Of a stretch of DNA of 64,000 bases, positions 45,477 to 57,358 are shown in pieces. Location: the NCBI GenBank assembly GCA_016212855.1, contig JACRDP010000009.1, positions 89,275-153,274 of the forward strand, read 5' to 3'. The stretch's first letter is position 1. Each line of letters opens with the position of its first letter. A program made the position numbers and the translations under genes. Source of the DNA: Elusimicrobiota bacterium. GTDB taxonomy: Bacteria; Elusimicrobiota; Elusimicrobia; UBA1565; UBA9628. The notes under the pieces were generated by a model. The model was not told the origin of the DNA and made no database searches. It saw only the letters and a program-made list of their open reading frames with translations.

Positions 45477-46714
45477 GGGCCGCGAAGGGTTTTGACCGGA
45501 TCGAAGACGCGATCGCCGACATACGCAAGGGAAAGATGATCGTCGTCGTGGACGATCCCAACCGCGAGAACGAGGGCGACGTCGTCATCGCCGCGGAAAA
45601 ATGCGGCGTCGCCGCCGTCAATTTCATGGCGGTCCACGCGCGCGGCCTCATCTGCGTGCCCCTGCCCGCCTCGCGCCTCGAGACGCTCAAGCTTCAGTCC
45701 ATGACCGACGCCTCCGACTCCCTCGGCGCCGTGCCGGGCAAGGACACCGCCTTCACCATCTCGGTCGACGTCAAGCGCGGCACCACCACGGGCATCTCGG
45801 CCCGCGACCGCGCCCTCACGATCAAGGCGCTGACCCACCCGCGCACGCGCCCCGAGGACCTGGGGCGCCCCGGCCACATTTTTCCGCTCAAGGCCAAAGA
45901 AGGCGGCGTACTCGTGCGCGCCGGACACACCGAGGCCGCGGTCGACCTGGCCCGCCTCGCGGGCCTGACCCCCGCCGGCGTCATCTGCGAGATCCTCAAC
46001 GCCGACGGCAGCATGTCGCGCACCCCGCAGTTGAAGACGTTCGCCAAGAAGCACAAGTTGCGCATCGTGACCATCGCCGACCTCATCGAGTACCGCCGCC
46101 GCAAGGACCGTCTCGTCGAGCGCAAGGCCAGCGCCAAGCTCCCCACGAAATACGGCGACTTCACCATTCGCGTCTACGAAGAAGCCCTCACCGGCAAGGT
46201 CCATCTCGCCATGGTCAAAGGCGCGGTCTCCGGCGCCAAGCGCGTGCTCGTGCGCGTGCATTCCTCCTGCGTGACCGGAGACGCCCTTTTTTCCGCGAAG
46301 TGCGACTGCGGCGTCCAGCTCGACGCGGCGCTCAAGCAGATCGCCCACGCCAAGAAGGGCGTCCTCGTCTACCTTAACCAGGAAGGCCGCGGGATCGGGC
46401 TCATCAACAAGATCAAGGCTTACGCCCTCCAGGACAAGGGCCTCGACACCGTCGAGGCCAACTTGGCGCTCGGCCTCAAGCCGGACCTGCGCGAGTACGG
46501 CATCGGCGCGCAGATCTTGGCCGACCAGGGCCTCACCTCGATCCGCATCCTCACCAACAACCCGCGCAAGATCGTCGGCATCGAGGGCTACGGCCTGACT
46601 GTCGCCGAGCGCGTCCATCTGCAGATTCCGTCCACCAGACACACCGCCGGCTATCTGCGGACCAAGCGCGAGAAAATGGGACACTTGTTGACCGTGCCGG
46701 AGGAGATCAGATGA
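45473..46714 (+). CDS. ribBA: bifunctional 3,4-dihydroxy-2-butanone-4-phosphate synthase / GTP cyclohydrolase II
   Basis: I start at ATG 45473 (ATGA overlap). ..[10 protein letters not shown].., ..[12 protein letters not shown].., then ..[11 protein letters not shown].. and ..NQEGRGIGL... Confidence 0.9.
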   Translation: MRAAKGFDRIEDAIADIRKGKMIVVVDDPNRENEGDVVIAAEKCGVAAVNFMAVHARGLICVPLPASRLETLKLQSMTDASDSLGAVPGKDTAFTISVDVKRGTTTGISARDRALTIKALTHPRTRPEDLGRPGHIFPLKAKEGGVLVRAGHTEAAVDLARLAGLTPAGVICEILNADGSMSRTPQLKTFAKKHKLRIVTIADLIEYRRRKDRLVERKASAKLPTKYGDFTIRVYEEALTGKVHLAMVKGAVSGAKRVLVRVHSSCVTGDALFSAKCDCGVQLDAALKQIAHAKKGVLVYLNQEGRGIGLINKIKAYALQDKGLDTVEANLALGLKPDLREYGIGAQILADQGLTSIRILTNNPRKIVGIEGYGLTVAERVHLQIPSTRHTAGYLRTKREKMGHLLTVPEEIR

Positions 46715-47145
46715 AGCGAGTCGCCATCGTCAAATCGCGGTTCAACGAGGAAGTGACCTCGCGCCTGCTCGCGAGCTGCCTGAAGACCTTCAAGTCCGAG
46801 GGCTGGAGCGACTCCCAGCTCAAGGTCGTCGAGGTTCCCGGCGGCTGGGAGATCCCCTGGGCCGCCCAGGAACTCGCCAAGACGAACCTCTATCAGGCGG
46901 TCGTCGCTTTAGGCTGCGTCATGAAGGGCCAGACCCCGCAGAACGACCACCTCTCACGCTCCCTCATGCAGAGCCTGCACCGCATCTCGCTCGAAACGCG
47001 CGTGCCGATCGTGCTCGGGGTCATCACCCCGAACAACGAGAAGCAGGCCCTCGCGCGCACCAAGGGCAAGATGGACCGCGGCCATGAAGCCGCGCTCGCC
47101 GCGCTCGAGATGATCGCGCTCCGGGAGGAGCTGCGTGGGACGTAG
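46711..47145 (+). CDS. ribH: 6,7-dimethyl-8-ribityllumazine synthase
   Basis: ..[11 protein letters not shown].., [10 protein letters not shown], ..[10 protein letters not shown].., ..PIVLGVIT... Confidence 0.85.
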   Translation: MKRVAIVKSRFNEEVTSRLLASCLKTFKSEGWSDSQLKVVEVPGGWEIPWAAQELAKTNLYQAVVALGCVMKGQTPQNDHLSRSLMQSLHRISLETRVPIVLGVITPNNEKQALARTKGKMDRGHEAALAALEMIALREELRGT

Positions 47146-47584
47146 AAGACTCGCCCGCGAGATCGCCCTCCAGGCCCTGTACGTGGCCGACGTCGCGCAC
47201 ACCCCCGCGGCGGAGGCCTTCGCCATCGTCACCCGGCGCGAAGGAGAAGAAGCCGACGCCGAGACCCTCGCCTTCGCGCGCGAGCTGGCCCTCGGCGCCA
47301 TCGAGCGCGTGGAAAAGCTCGACGCCACGATCCAAGAGCAGGCCGCGAACTGGTCGATGGCGCGCATGGCCGCGGTGGACCGCAACGTCCTGCGCCTGGC
47401 CGCCTACGAGCTCGAAGCCCGCCTCGACACGCCCGTCGGCGTGATCATCGACGAGGCCATCGAGATCGTCCGCAAGTATTCCACCGAGGAAGCGACCCGC
47501 TTCATCAACGGCATTTTGGACTCGCTGAAGCGGCTCCGCGACGGTAAGCCGAAAGCCAAGAAGAAGTCGCCCCCGAAGGAATAG
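47135..47584 (+). CDS. nusB: transcription antitermination factor NusB
   Basis: [13 protein letters not shown].., ..VDRNVLRLAAYEL.., ..VIIDEAIEIVRKY.., ..FINGILD... Confidence 0.85.
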   Translation: MGRRRLAREIALQALYVADVAHTPAAEAFAIVTRREGEEADAETLAFARELALGAIERVEKLDATIQEQAANWSMARMAAVDRNVLRLAAYELEARLDTPVGVIIDEAIEIVRKYSTEEATRFINGILDSLKRLRDGKPKAKKKSPPKE

Positions 47585-51156
<3,572 letters not shown>

Positions 51157-51188
51157 GCGCCGCCCTTGACGCCCCGGCGCCTCCCCGC

Positions 51189-51194
51189 TACACT
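51189..51194 (+). promoter_or_regulatory. -10-like hexamer TACACT, 8 nt upstream of ATG 51203
   Basis: TACACT gtcgcggt ATG with no SD. Confidence 0.3.
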
Positions 51195-51202
51195 GTCGCG
51201 GT

Positions 51203-51667
51203 ATGCAGCGAGAATCCACCGTCGTCCGGCTCCGCATCACGAGCGCGACTTTGACCGCCGCCCAGATCGAGGCCGCGCTCGGCATCAAGCCCGACGAATC
51301 CTGGAAGATCGGAGACCGCACCGGCACCTTCGGCGCGCTCCTCAAGGAGCACGGCTACGTGCTCGACTCGACCGCGATGATGACGACCAATCCCGCGGAC
51401 CACTTCCGCTCCCTGCTCAAGCGCATCGCCCCGGTGGCCCAGAAGATCGGCGAGCTCTCCGCCCAGGCGAAGGTCGAGGTCGTCTGCTCGATCATCAGCA
51501 AGCACATCCCCCCCGTGGGCTTCGAGCGCGACGACCTGCGCTGGCTCGCGGCGATGGGCGCCAAGCTCGACGTGGAGATCTCGATTCTCGTCGACCGCTC
51601 GGCCGCTCAGGCCGCGCCCACGGAGAAGAAGCCCGGCGACAAGGAAGGGCCCGCCAAGGTGTTCTGA
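51203..51667 (+). CDS. DUF4279-like small protein
   Basis: ..VRLRITSATLTAAQIEAALGIKPDESWKIGD.. and ..LRWLAAMGAKLDVEI.. match my recollection of the DUF4279 layout. Confidence 0.5.
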   Translation: MQRESTVVRLRITSATLTAAQIEAALGIKPDESWKIGDRTGTFGALLKEHGYVLDSTAMMTTNPADHFRSLLKRIAPVAQKIGELSAQAKVEVVCSIISKHIPPVGFERDDLRWLAAMGAKLDVEISILVDRSAAQAAPTEKKPGDKEGPAKVF

Positions 51668-51674
51668 GGCGCGG

Positions 51675-52910
51675 CTACTTCGGGACGACGACGCCCTTCA
51701 GGTCGGGCGACTCCGGATACTTAAGCCCCATGCGGCTCATCGTCTTGCGCAGAAGCTTCGTGAAGTCGAGACGCACGCGCGGCTTGTCGTCGGCCGCGAG
51801 AACATGCCAGGGCGCATACCAAGTGCTCGTGCGCGCCAGAATCGAGCCGAACACCTTCTGCAGGGGATCCCACTTCTTGCGCGTCTCCAGATCGTACATC
51901 GAGAACTTCCAGTTCTTGTCCGGGCGGTCGATGCGCCTCTGCAGCCGCTCGCGCTGCACGTCCTTCGAGATGTGCAGGAACACCTTCACGATCTTGATGC
52001 CGCGCCGCGCCAGCTCGAGCTCGAAGGCGTTGATGCGGGCGTAGCGCGCCTCGATCGTCTCGCCGGGCATGGTCTCCCAGGCCGTGGGCACGATGATGTC
52101 CTCGTAATGAGAGCGGTTGAACACGCCGATGATGCCGGGCTTGGGCAGCGCCGCCTTGATGCGCACGAGGAAGTCCTGCGCGGCCTCCTCGGGGGTCGGT
52201 TTTTTAAAGGCGTTGACGTCGACGAAGGCGGGGTTGAGGCCGGTCATGCCGTGCTTGATCACGCCGTCCTTGTGGGCCGTGTCCATGCCCTGGATGACGA
52301 CGAGCACGGACTGGGTCTTGGCCGCGGCGAGAATGTCCTCGAGCGCGTTGAGCTTCTTGACCTCCTTCTTGAGCTTCTTGGCCGCCTTTTTCTCGGACAC
52401 GCCGTCTTCGTCGTTGGTCGGAACGAGCGACAGGTCCACGGCTTCTCCCGGCGCGGCGACGGCGCCGTCGAAGCGCTCGTTGAGCGCCTGGGCGGCCTCG
52501 ACGAGCGACTTGCCCCCGTCTTTCGACTTGGCGAGCATTTCCCCCAGCTCGGTGAGCCTGTCGGCGGCCTTGTGCGCCTTCTCGCCGCCCGCGGCGCGCA
52601 AGGACTTCACGAGCTCGGGAAGAGCGGTTTGCGGGGCGGCCACGGCCTGGGTGATCGCGGCGCGGGCCGCGAAGACGGCGGGAGTCGCCGCGACCGGGGT
52701 CGGGGCGATGTTCGCCTGGAACGCGGCTTTCAGCTGGGAAACGGTCTCGGCCGCGAGCAGGGGCTTGAGCTGGGAGTTGATCTCCGAGACGACGGGGCCG
52801 CGGAAAACGGGGACGACCGGCTCGGACAGGACGGGAACGCGGACGACCTGGGCGAAGGACGGGGCGCCGAGCAGGACGGCGCAGGCCAGCGCCGTAAGGA
52901 ATCGCCTCAT
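51675..52910 (-). CDS. ppk2: polyphosphate kinase 2 (PPK2) family protein with a signal-like N-terminus and a ~190-aa Ala-rich extension
   Basis: I start at ATG 52910 (MRRFLTALACAVLLGAPSFAQ). PPK2 core ..VLVVIQGMDTAHKDG.. (Walker A-like), ..VFNRSHYEDI.., ..KVFLHISK..Q..R... Confidence 0.75.
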   Translation of the reverse strand: MRRFLTALACAVLLGAPSFAQVVRVPVLSEPVVPVFRGPVVSEINSQLKPLLAAETVSQLKAAFQANIAPTPVAATPAVFAARAAITQAVAAPQTALPELVKSLRAAGGEKAHKAADRLTELGEMLAKSKDGGKSLVEAAQALNERFDGAVAAPGEAVDLSLVPTNDEDGVSEKKAAKKLKKEVKKLNALEDILAAAKTQSVLVVIQGMDTAHKDGVIKHGMTGLNPAFVDVNAFKKPTPEEAAQDFLVRIKAALPKPGIIGVFNRSHYEDIIVPTAWETMPGETIEARYARINAFELELARRGIKIVKVFLHISKDVQRERLQRRIDRPDKNWKFSMYDLETRKKWDPLQKVFGSILARTSTWYAPWHVLAADDKPRVRLDFTKLLRKTMSRMGLKYPESPDLKGVVVPK

Positions 52911-53001
52911 GCGCACAGTATAAAGGTATGCGAACAAGCCCGGTTGGGCCGACTGGGGAAGGCCGGCCCGGAAAAAGGGCCTAGATGGTACAATCGATCC
53001 G

Positions 53002-53445
53002 ATGAAGATTCTCTTGATGCTGGCGCTGCTGGCCGGAAACGCCGGGGCCAAGAAGGCGCCCCAGGGCATGACGCGTTTCAACGAGACGTGCCCGGTCGCC
53101 CGGCTACTGCCGGTCCTGGAGGACGACTACGCGGCTTGCTCGAAGAAGGAAAAGACCGCCTGCGACGGCTTCGTCTCCGGCTTGCGCGAGTTGCTCCCGG
53201 AATACGACTGCCAGCGCCCGTTCGACGCCGGCCCGCCGGACGACTACATCGTTCCGGCGATCTGGAAGGCGGGCGACGCAGCCCTCGCGAAATACGTCGC
53301 GCTTCTGGCGAGCCTCAAGACGAAAAAGGCGCTCGAGCTGTTCGCCAGCCCGGAGTTTCGGGCCATCTTGGACGGCCATTTGGCCGAAACCTACATGGAA
53401 CGTTCGAGGGCCGCGCAGAAGCGGCTGAAGGTCAGGCGACCTTGA
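53002..53445 (+). CDS. secreted hypothetical protein (4 Cys)
   Basis: Signal MKILLMLALLAGNAGA. No motif recognised. Its 3' end overlaps the convergent rSAM-1 gene by 14 nt. Confidence 0.4.
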   Translation: MKILLMLALLAGNAGAKKAPQGMTRFNETCPVARLLPVLEDDYAACSKKEKTACDGFVSGLRELLPEYDCQRPFDAGPPDDYIVPAIWKAGDAALAKYVALLASLKTKKALELFASPEFRAILDGHLAETYMERSRAAQKRLKVRRP

Positions 53446-54394
53446 TGTCCCAGCACTCGTTGGCGTGCTTGAGCAGGTCGGTCTCGGTCTGAGCGCGGCG
53501 CACGAACTTCTGCACTTCTTCCGACTTCCAGGCGGCGCCGACCTTGGGCCAGGCTGAGGCCAGGCTTTCCTTCTTCAGGTCGGCCACGGCGAACGGCAGC
53601 GCGTTCAGAAGCTTGGCGCGGCCGTTGGGCACGACGAGCACCATGCTTTGAGGGCTCTCGGCGCGGGTGACCATCTCCTGCTGGATGCCCCACGGGTAGA
53701 TCGCGAGCTTGGGCCCCTTGAGGGCGGCGGCCGCGACCTTGAGGCTCATCACGGCGTCCTTCCACTGCTCGTCGGTCGCCGCGAGCGAGTCCCAGGCATG
53801 CGCGGCCCGCCCTAATCGCATCATGGGCCCGGTGACGAAGGTTCGCACACCTCGCTTGGCGGCCTGCTCGTACACGCTGACCGCGTCATTGACATTAATT
53901 TTCGTTGGAATAAAAACGAGTTCAGGTTCGAGCCCGCGCTTAACAAGGCGGTCGATCGCCGCCCAAGCGGGGGCGTAACCAGAGCCCGGCCTGAGCCGTT
54001 CGTGGATTTCCCCGGTGGCGCCGTCGATCGAAATCTGGACACATGCGATTTTGAGTTCCTTCAATTTGTCGCATGCGGCGTCGTCGAGATCCAGTCCGTT
54101 CGTCTCGATCTTGATCTCGACGCCGCCTTTCGTGAGGGTCTCGAAAATCTCGATGGCCCAGGGCGAGCCCATCGGTTCCCCGCCGCCGAAGGCGACGTAC
54201 GCGATCCCGTTTGAAACGATTTGGCGGGTTAAATTTAATGCCTGCTCGCGGTTCATCTCGTCGGGCCACGCCTTGTCCGGCCCCGACTCCTCGCAGCAAT
54301 GCAGGCAGCGCCCCGTGCAGCGGTTGCTCAGCTGCCAGGCAAGAAAGAGGGGGGCGCCGTAGTCGCCCACGGACGCCCCCCTCCGGTCCGGCAT
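53432..54394 (-). CDS. radical SAM enzyme, paralog 1 (PqqE/SPASM-superfamily-like core, Cys-free C-terminal domain)
   Basis: CTGRCLHC (CxxxCxxC), GGGEP, ETNG, SIDG. No Cys downstream of the core. ATG 54394 lies 1 nt after the stop of the 39-aa ORF. Confidence 0.8.
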   Translation of the reverse strand: MPDRRGASVGDYGAPLFLAWQLSNRCTGRCLHCCEESGPDKAWPDEMNREQALNLTRQIVSNGIAYVAFGGGEPMGSPWAIEIFETLTKGGVEIKIETNGLDLDDAACDKLKELKIACVQISIDGATGEIHERLRPGSGYAPAWAAIDRLVKRGLEPELVFIPTKINVNDAVSVYEQAAKRGVRTFVTGPMMRLGRAAHAWDSLAATDEQWKDAVMSLKVAAAALKGPKLAIYPWGIQQEMVTRAESPQSMVLVVPNGRAKLLNALPFAVADLKKESLASAWPKVGAAWKSEEVQKFVRRAQTETDLLKHANECWDIKVA

Positions 54395-54395
54395 T

Positions 54396-54515
54396 TTACG
54401 TGAACCGGATGTAAGGCTGGGCCATCACGCGCTCGGAAACTTCCTCCAAAGAGGGCGTCTCCCAAGCGAGCTTCGGCTCGGCCTTCGCATCGGTCACGGT
54501 TTTCTGGTCGTTCAT
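54396..54515 (-). CDS. 39-aa candidate precursor peptide (not in the supplied ORF track): MNDQKTVTDAKAEPKLAWETPSLEEVSERVMAQPYIRFT
   Basis: My own reverse-complement translation: ATG at 54515-54513, TAA at 54398-54396. AAGAGGA lies 4 nt upstream, 11 nt after the rSAM-2 stop. Wedged between two rSAM genes in an operon that also has a PqqD-like protein. W-x-x-P...EEV resembles PqqA-type leaders. Confidence 0.55.
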   Translation of the reverse strand: MNDQKTVTDAKAEPKLAWETPSLEEVSERVMAQPYIRFT

Positions 54516-54526
54516 GTGTCCTCTTT

Positions 54527-55486
54527 TCACCGGCTGACCATCGCCGGCAAATCTTGTTCCAGCTCCGTCCATTCATTCGCGCGGGCCGACCGCTTCGGGT
54601 CGGCCGCCAGCAGCGCCAGCGCCTCGCGCACCTGCGCCGTGGCCCACGCGGCTTTGTACGACTCCCACGCGGCGAGGAAATCTTGCGTTTTAAGGTCGGC
54701 GCACGTAAAGGGCAGCGGGGCGGCGACCTTCACCTTCCCGTCGGGAAGGATCAACAACGTGCCGGAAGGCTGCAAAGCCCGGTGCGCCATCTCCTCGCGC
54801 AGCGAGAAGGGTTTGTAGCACAGCTCCATGCGTCCGGCCAGTTCGCGCTCCTTGCGCTCTAAAACGCGCAGGAAGGCCGCGTAATCGGCCTTGGACGGCT
54901 CGAGCCGGTCCCATAGCTTCGCCGCGGTGCCAAGACGCATGAGCTCACCGGTGTTGAACCGGAAAGCGCCCAGAGACAAGGCTAGATCGATCACGGCTTC
55001 GGCTTCGAAAATATTGAGGCGCGTCGGCGCAAAAGTGATTTCAAGAGGCAGGCCCGCGGCTACGACGCCCCGGCAGGCTGTTATGGCCCGGTCGAGATCA
55101 CCATTGATCCGTTGCCGTCCGTACACCGCCTGAGACGCGCCATCCAGCGAGATCTGAACCGATCTAATCCCGAGACCCTTCACCGAATCCACATCGAAAT
55201 TGTTGCCGTTCGTTTCGACCTTGAGGAGCACCCCTCCGTCCGAAAGTGTTCGGCACACCTCGGCGAAATGCGGCACAAGCGTCGGCTCCCCGCCCACGAT
55301 CATCGCGTACGGCACTCCCGCGGCGACGATCTCGCGCGAGAGCTTGAGCGCCTGCTCCCGCGTGAGTTCCCCCGCCAACGCTTTGCCCGGCGCGGAGTCG
55401 GTGCAGCAATGGAGGCAGGCCAGGTCGCAGTCCCTGGTGAGCTGCCAGGTGACCATGGTCGGGGCGGCGAATTGTTCGATCTTCAT
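54527..55486 (-). CDS. radical SAM enzyme, paralog 2 (Cys-poor C-terminal domain)
   Basis: CDLACLHC, VGGEP, ETNG, SLDG. Only 2 Cys after the core (..ELCYKPF.., ..PFTCADL..). ATGA overlap with the prenyltransferase gene. Confidence 0.8.
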   Translation of the reverse strand: MKIEQFAAPTMVTWQLTRDCDLACLHCCTDSAPGKALAGELTREQALKLSREIVAAGVPYAMIVGGEPTLVPHFAEVCRTLSDGGVLLKVETNGNNFDVDSVKGLGIRSVQISLDGASQAVYGRQRINGDLDRAITACRGVVAAGLPLEITFAPTRLNIFEAEAVIDLALSLGAFRFNTGELMRLGTAAKLWDRLEPSKADYAAFLRVLERKERELAGRMELCYKPFSLREEMAHRALQPSGTLLILPDGKVKVAAPLPFTCADLKTQDFLAAWESYKAAWATAQVREALALLAADPKRSARANEWTELEQDLPAMVSR

Positions 55487-56400
55487 TTAGAGATCGCCGT
55501 AAACACGGCGAATAAAAAAGTGGTCAGCGCGTAGCACTGCACAATGGCGCGAATGGCGGGCATGAACAGTCGCGGCGTATCCCACGTGGTGGCGCCGGCA
55601 CGTAAAGAAATAATCCAAAGCGGGACTCCGGCGGCCGCGGCAAGAAGGGTCAACGAAGGGAACAGGCCCGTCGCAACCCCGAGCGGGATCGTCAGCAGCC
55701 CCAGCGCGGACATGGCCAGGTAGAGATACCTTCCGTTTTTGCGCCCGAGCCGAACGACCAGATTTTTCTTGCCCACCAGACGATCCTGATGAAAGTCCGG
55801 AATGTTGTTCACCGTCGCCAGCGCGGTGATCAAAAGCCCCGGCACGAGCGAGGCCAGCAAGGCCGCCCACGAAAAACGATGGGTGTGAAGATGCAGGGAC
55901 CCTAAAACCATCCACGGACCATAAGAGAGGCCGATGACGGTTTCGCCGAGCCCGCGATAAACCCAACGAATCGGGGGTCCCACATACCACACCGCCGCGG
56001 CGCCGCCCAGCAACGTATAGAGAACGATAGGCCAGCCGCCCTGCCAGGCGAGATAGAAACCGATGGACGCGGCCACGGCGAAGGCCGTCACGCCGAGCGA
56101 GAACATCCATTCGGGAATATATTCCTCGGCATCGGGATTGAAGACGCGGTCGGTGCCCATCTTGGCGTCGTAGTACTCGTTGAATGATTCAACGCCGATA
56201 ACCGACAAGAATATCCCGAACAGCCCCAACAGAAAAACGCTTCCGTTAAACGTCTTCTCCACCCCATACGCCCACGCTCCGCCCAGGAAGTAGGGCAGAA
56301 GCCCCGCGTACAGGAAGAACCTGTAGCGCACGACCGAGGCGACCTTCATGACGATGGTCTGCTCGGCCGGCGCGTGCGGGGCGGCGAAGACGTCGCTCAT
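55483..56400 (-). CDS. UbiA-superfamily aromatic prenyltransferase, MenA-like
   Basis: I start at ATG 56400 (ATGA overlap). FNEYYDAKMGTD (compare MenA NDYxDxxxGxD), YVGPPIRWVYRGLGETVIGLSYGP, NNIPDFHQDRLVGKKNLVVRLG (compare MenA NNxRDxxxDxxxGKxTLxVRLG). Multi-TM. Confidence 0.8.
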   Translation of the reverse strand: MSDVFAAPHAPAEQTIVMKVASVVRYRFFLYAGLLPYFLGGAWAYGVEKTFNGSVFLLGLFGIFLSVIGVESFNEYYDAKMGTDRVFNPDAEEYIPEWMFSLGVTAFAVAASIGFYLAWQGGWPIVLYTLLGGAAAVWYVGPPIRWVYRGLGETVIGLSYGPWMVLGSLHLHTHRFSWAALLASLVPGLLITALATVNNIPDFHQDRLVGKKNLVVRLGRKNGRYLYLAMSALGLLTIPLGVATGLFPSLTLLAAAAGVPLWIISLRAGATTWDTPRLFMPAIRAIVQCYALTTFLFAVFTAISK

Positions 56401-57353
56401 GCGGCTCCGACCTCCTCCCACTGATGCAGGCGGGAGACGATGTTGGGATCTTCGGCCAAGCGGTCGATGAAGGCCGACACGCGCGGGCTCTGCCAGGCCT
56501 TCTGGAACTGAGCCCAGACCTGGCCGAGCGTCTGCAGGCGCAGGTCGCCGCAGGTGAATGGAAGCGCGTTGATGAGCTTGACCTTGCCGTTGGGCAGGAT
56601 GATGAACAAAGCGGCGGGATTGATCAGGCGGTAGCGCAGCTCCTCGAGGAGCCCCATCTCATGGTAGTACACGCGCATCTTGCCCTTGTACTGCTCGGTT
56701 TTCTTGGCGAGCGTCGCGAAGAACTCCGGGTAGTCCGCCTCGTCGGGGGCGGTGATGCCCCAGGTGCGCACCGCGTTGCCGGTGAACATCAGCTTGCCGG
56801 TGTAGAAGGAGTAGGCGCCGATCTCGTAAGCGAGATCGACCGCGGCGCCGATCTCCTTGATGTTGAACCGGGCCGGGACGAAGTTGATCTCGATCGGAAC
56901 GCCCGCCTCGCGGAGGTTCTTGATGCCGTTGAGGGCTTCCTCGAAGCGGCCGTGCACGCGCATCTTGTTGAAGGAGGCGGTGGACGCGCCGTCGAGCGAG
57001 ACCTGCACGGCCTTCACGCCGAGATCCTTGAAGCGCTTGCAGTTCTCCTTGGTGAGGTAGTGGCCGTTGGTCTCGATCTTCAGGCCCACGCCGCCCTTGG
57101 TGATGCGTTCGACCATCGGGAAGAAGTCGGGGCGGACCATGGGCTCGCCGCCGGAGAAGGAGACGTACGGGACCTCGCTTTTCACGAGTTGGTCGATGAT
57201 GCCCATCGCCTGCTCGGTGGTCAGCTCGTCCTTGAAGGCCTTACCCGGGCCGCTTTCCTCGATGCAATGCAGGCAGGCGAGGTTGCACTCGTTGGTGATC
57301 TGCCACGCCACGTACAGCGGCGCCCCGAGGTCCGACGTCTGTTGGTCTTCCAT
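56397..57353 (-). CDS. radical SAM enzyme, paralog 3 (Cys-poor C-terminal domain)
   Basis: CNLACLHC, SGGEP, ETNG, SLDG. A single Cys after the core (..PFTCGDL..). Confidence 0.85.
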   Translation of the reverse strand: MEDQQTSDLGAPLYVAWQITNECNLACLHCIEESGPGKAFKDELTTEQAMGIIDQLVKSEVPYVSFSGGEPMVRPDFFPMVERITKGGVGLKIETNGHYLTKENCKRFKDLGVKAVQVSLDGASTASFNKMRVHGRFEEALNGIKNLREAGVPIEINFVPARFNIKEIGAAVDLAYEIGAYSFYTGKLMFTGNAVRTWGITAPDEADYPEFFATLAKKTEQYKGKMRVYYHEMGLLEELRYRLINPAALFIILPNGKVKLINALPFTCGDLRLQTLGQVWAQFQKAWQSPRVSAFIDRLAEDPNIVSRLHQWEEVGAA

Positions 57354-57358
57354 GGTGT

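Noticed and set aside
54328-54576. 82-aa minus-strand track ORF spanning the rSAM-1/rSAM-2 junction
   Set aside because: It overlaps the ends of both rSAM genes out of frame and is Arg/Gly-rich. The 39-aa ORF in the actual intergenic gap has its own SD and a sensible composition.
53432-57353. Labelling the three radical SAM proteins as SPASM-domain enzymes
   Set aside because: The N-terminal core looks like the SPASM/twitch superfamily, but the C-terminal regions contain only 0-2 Cys and no CX2CX5CX3C motif. I call them rSAM with a Cys-poor tail instead.
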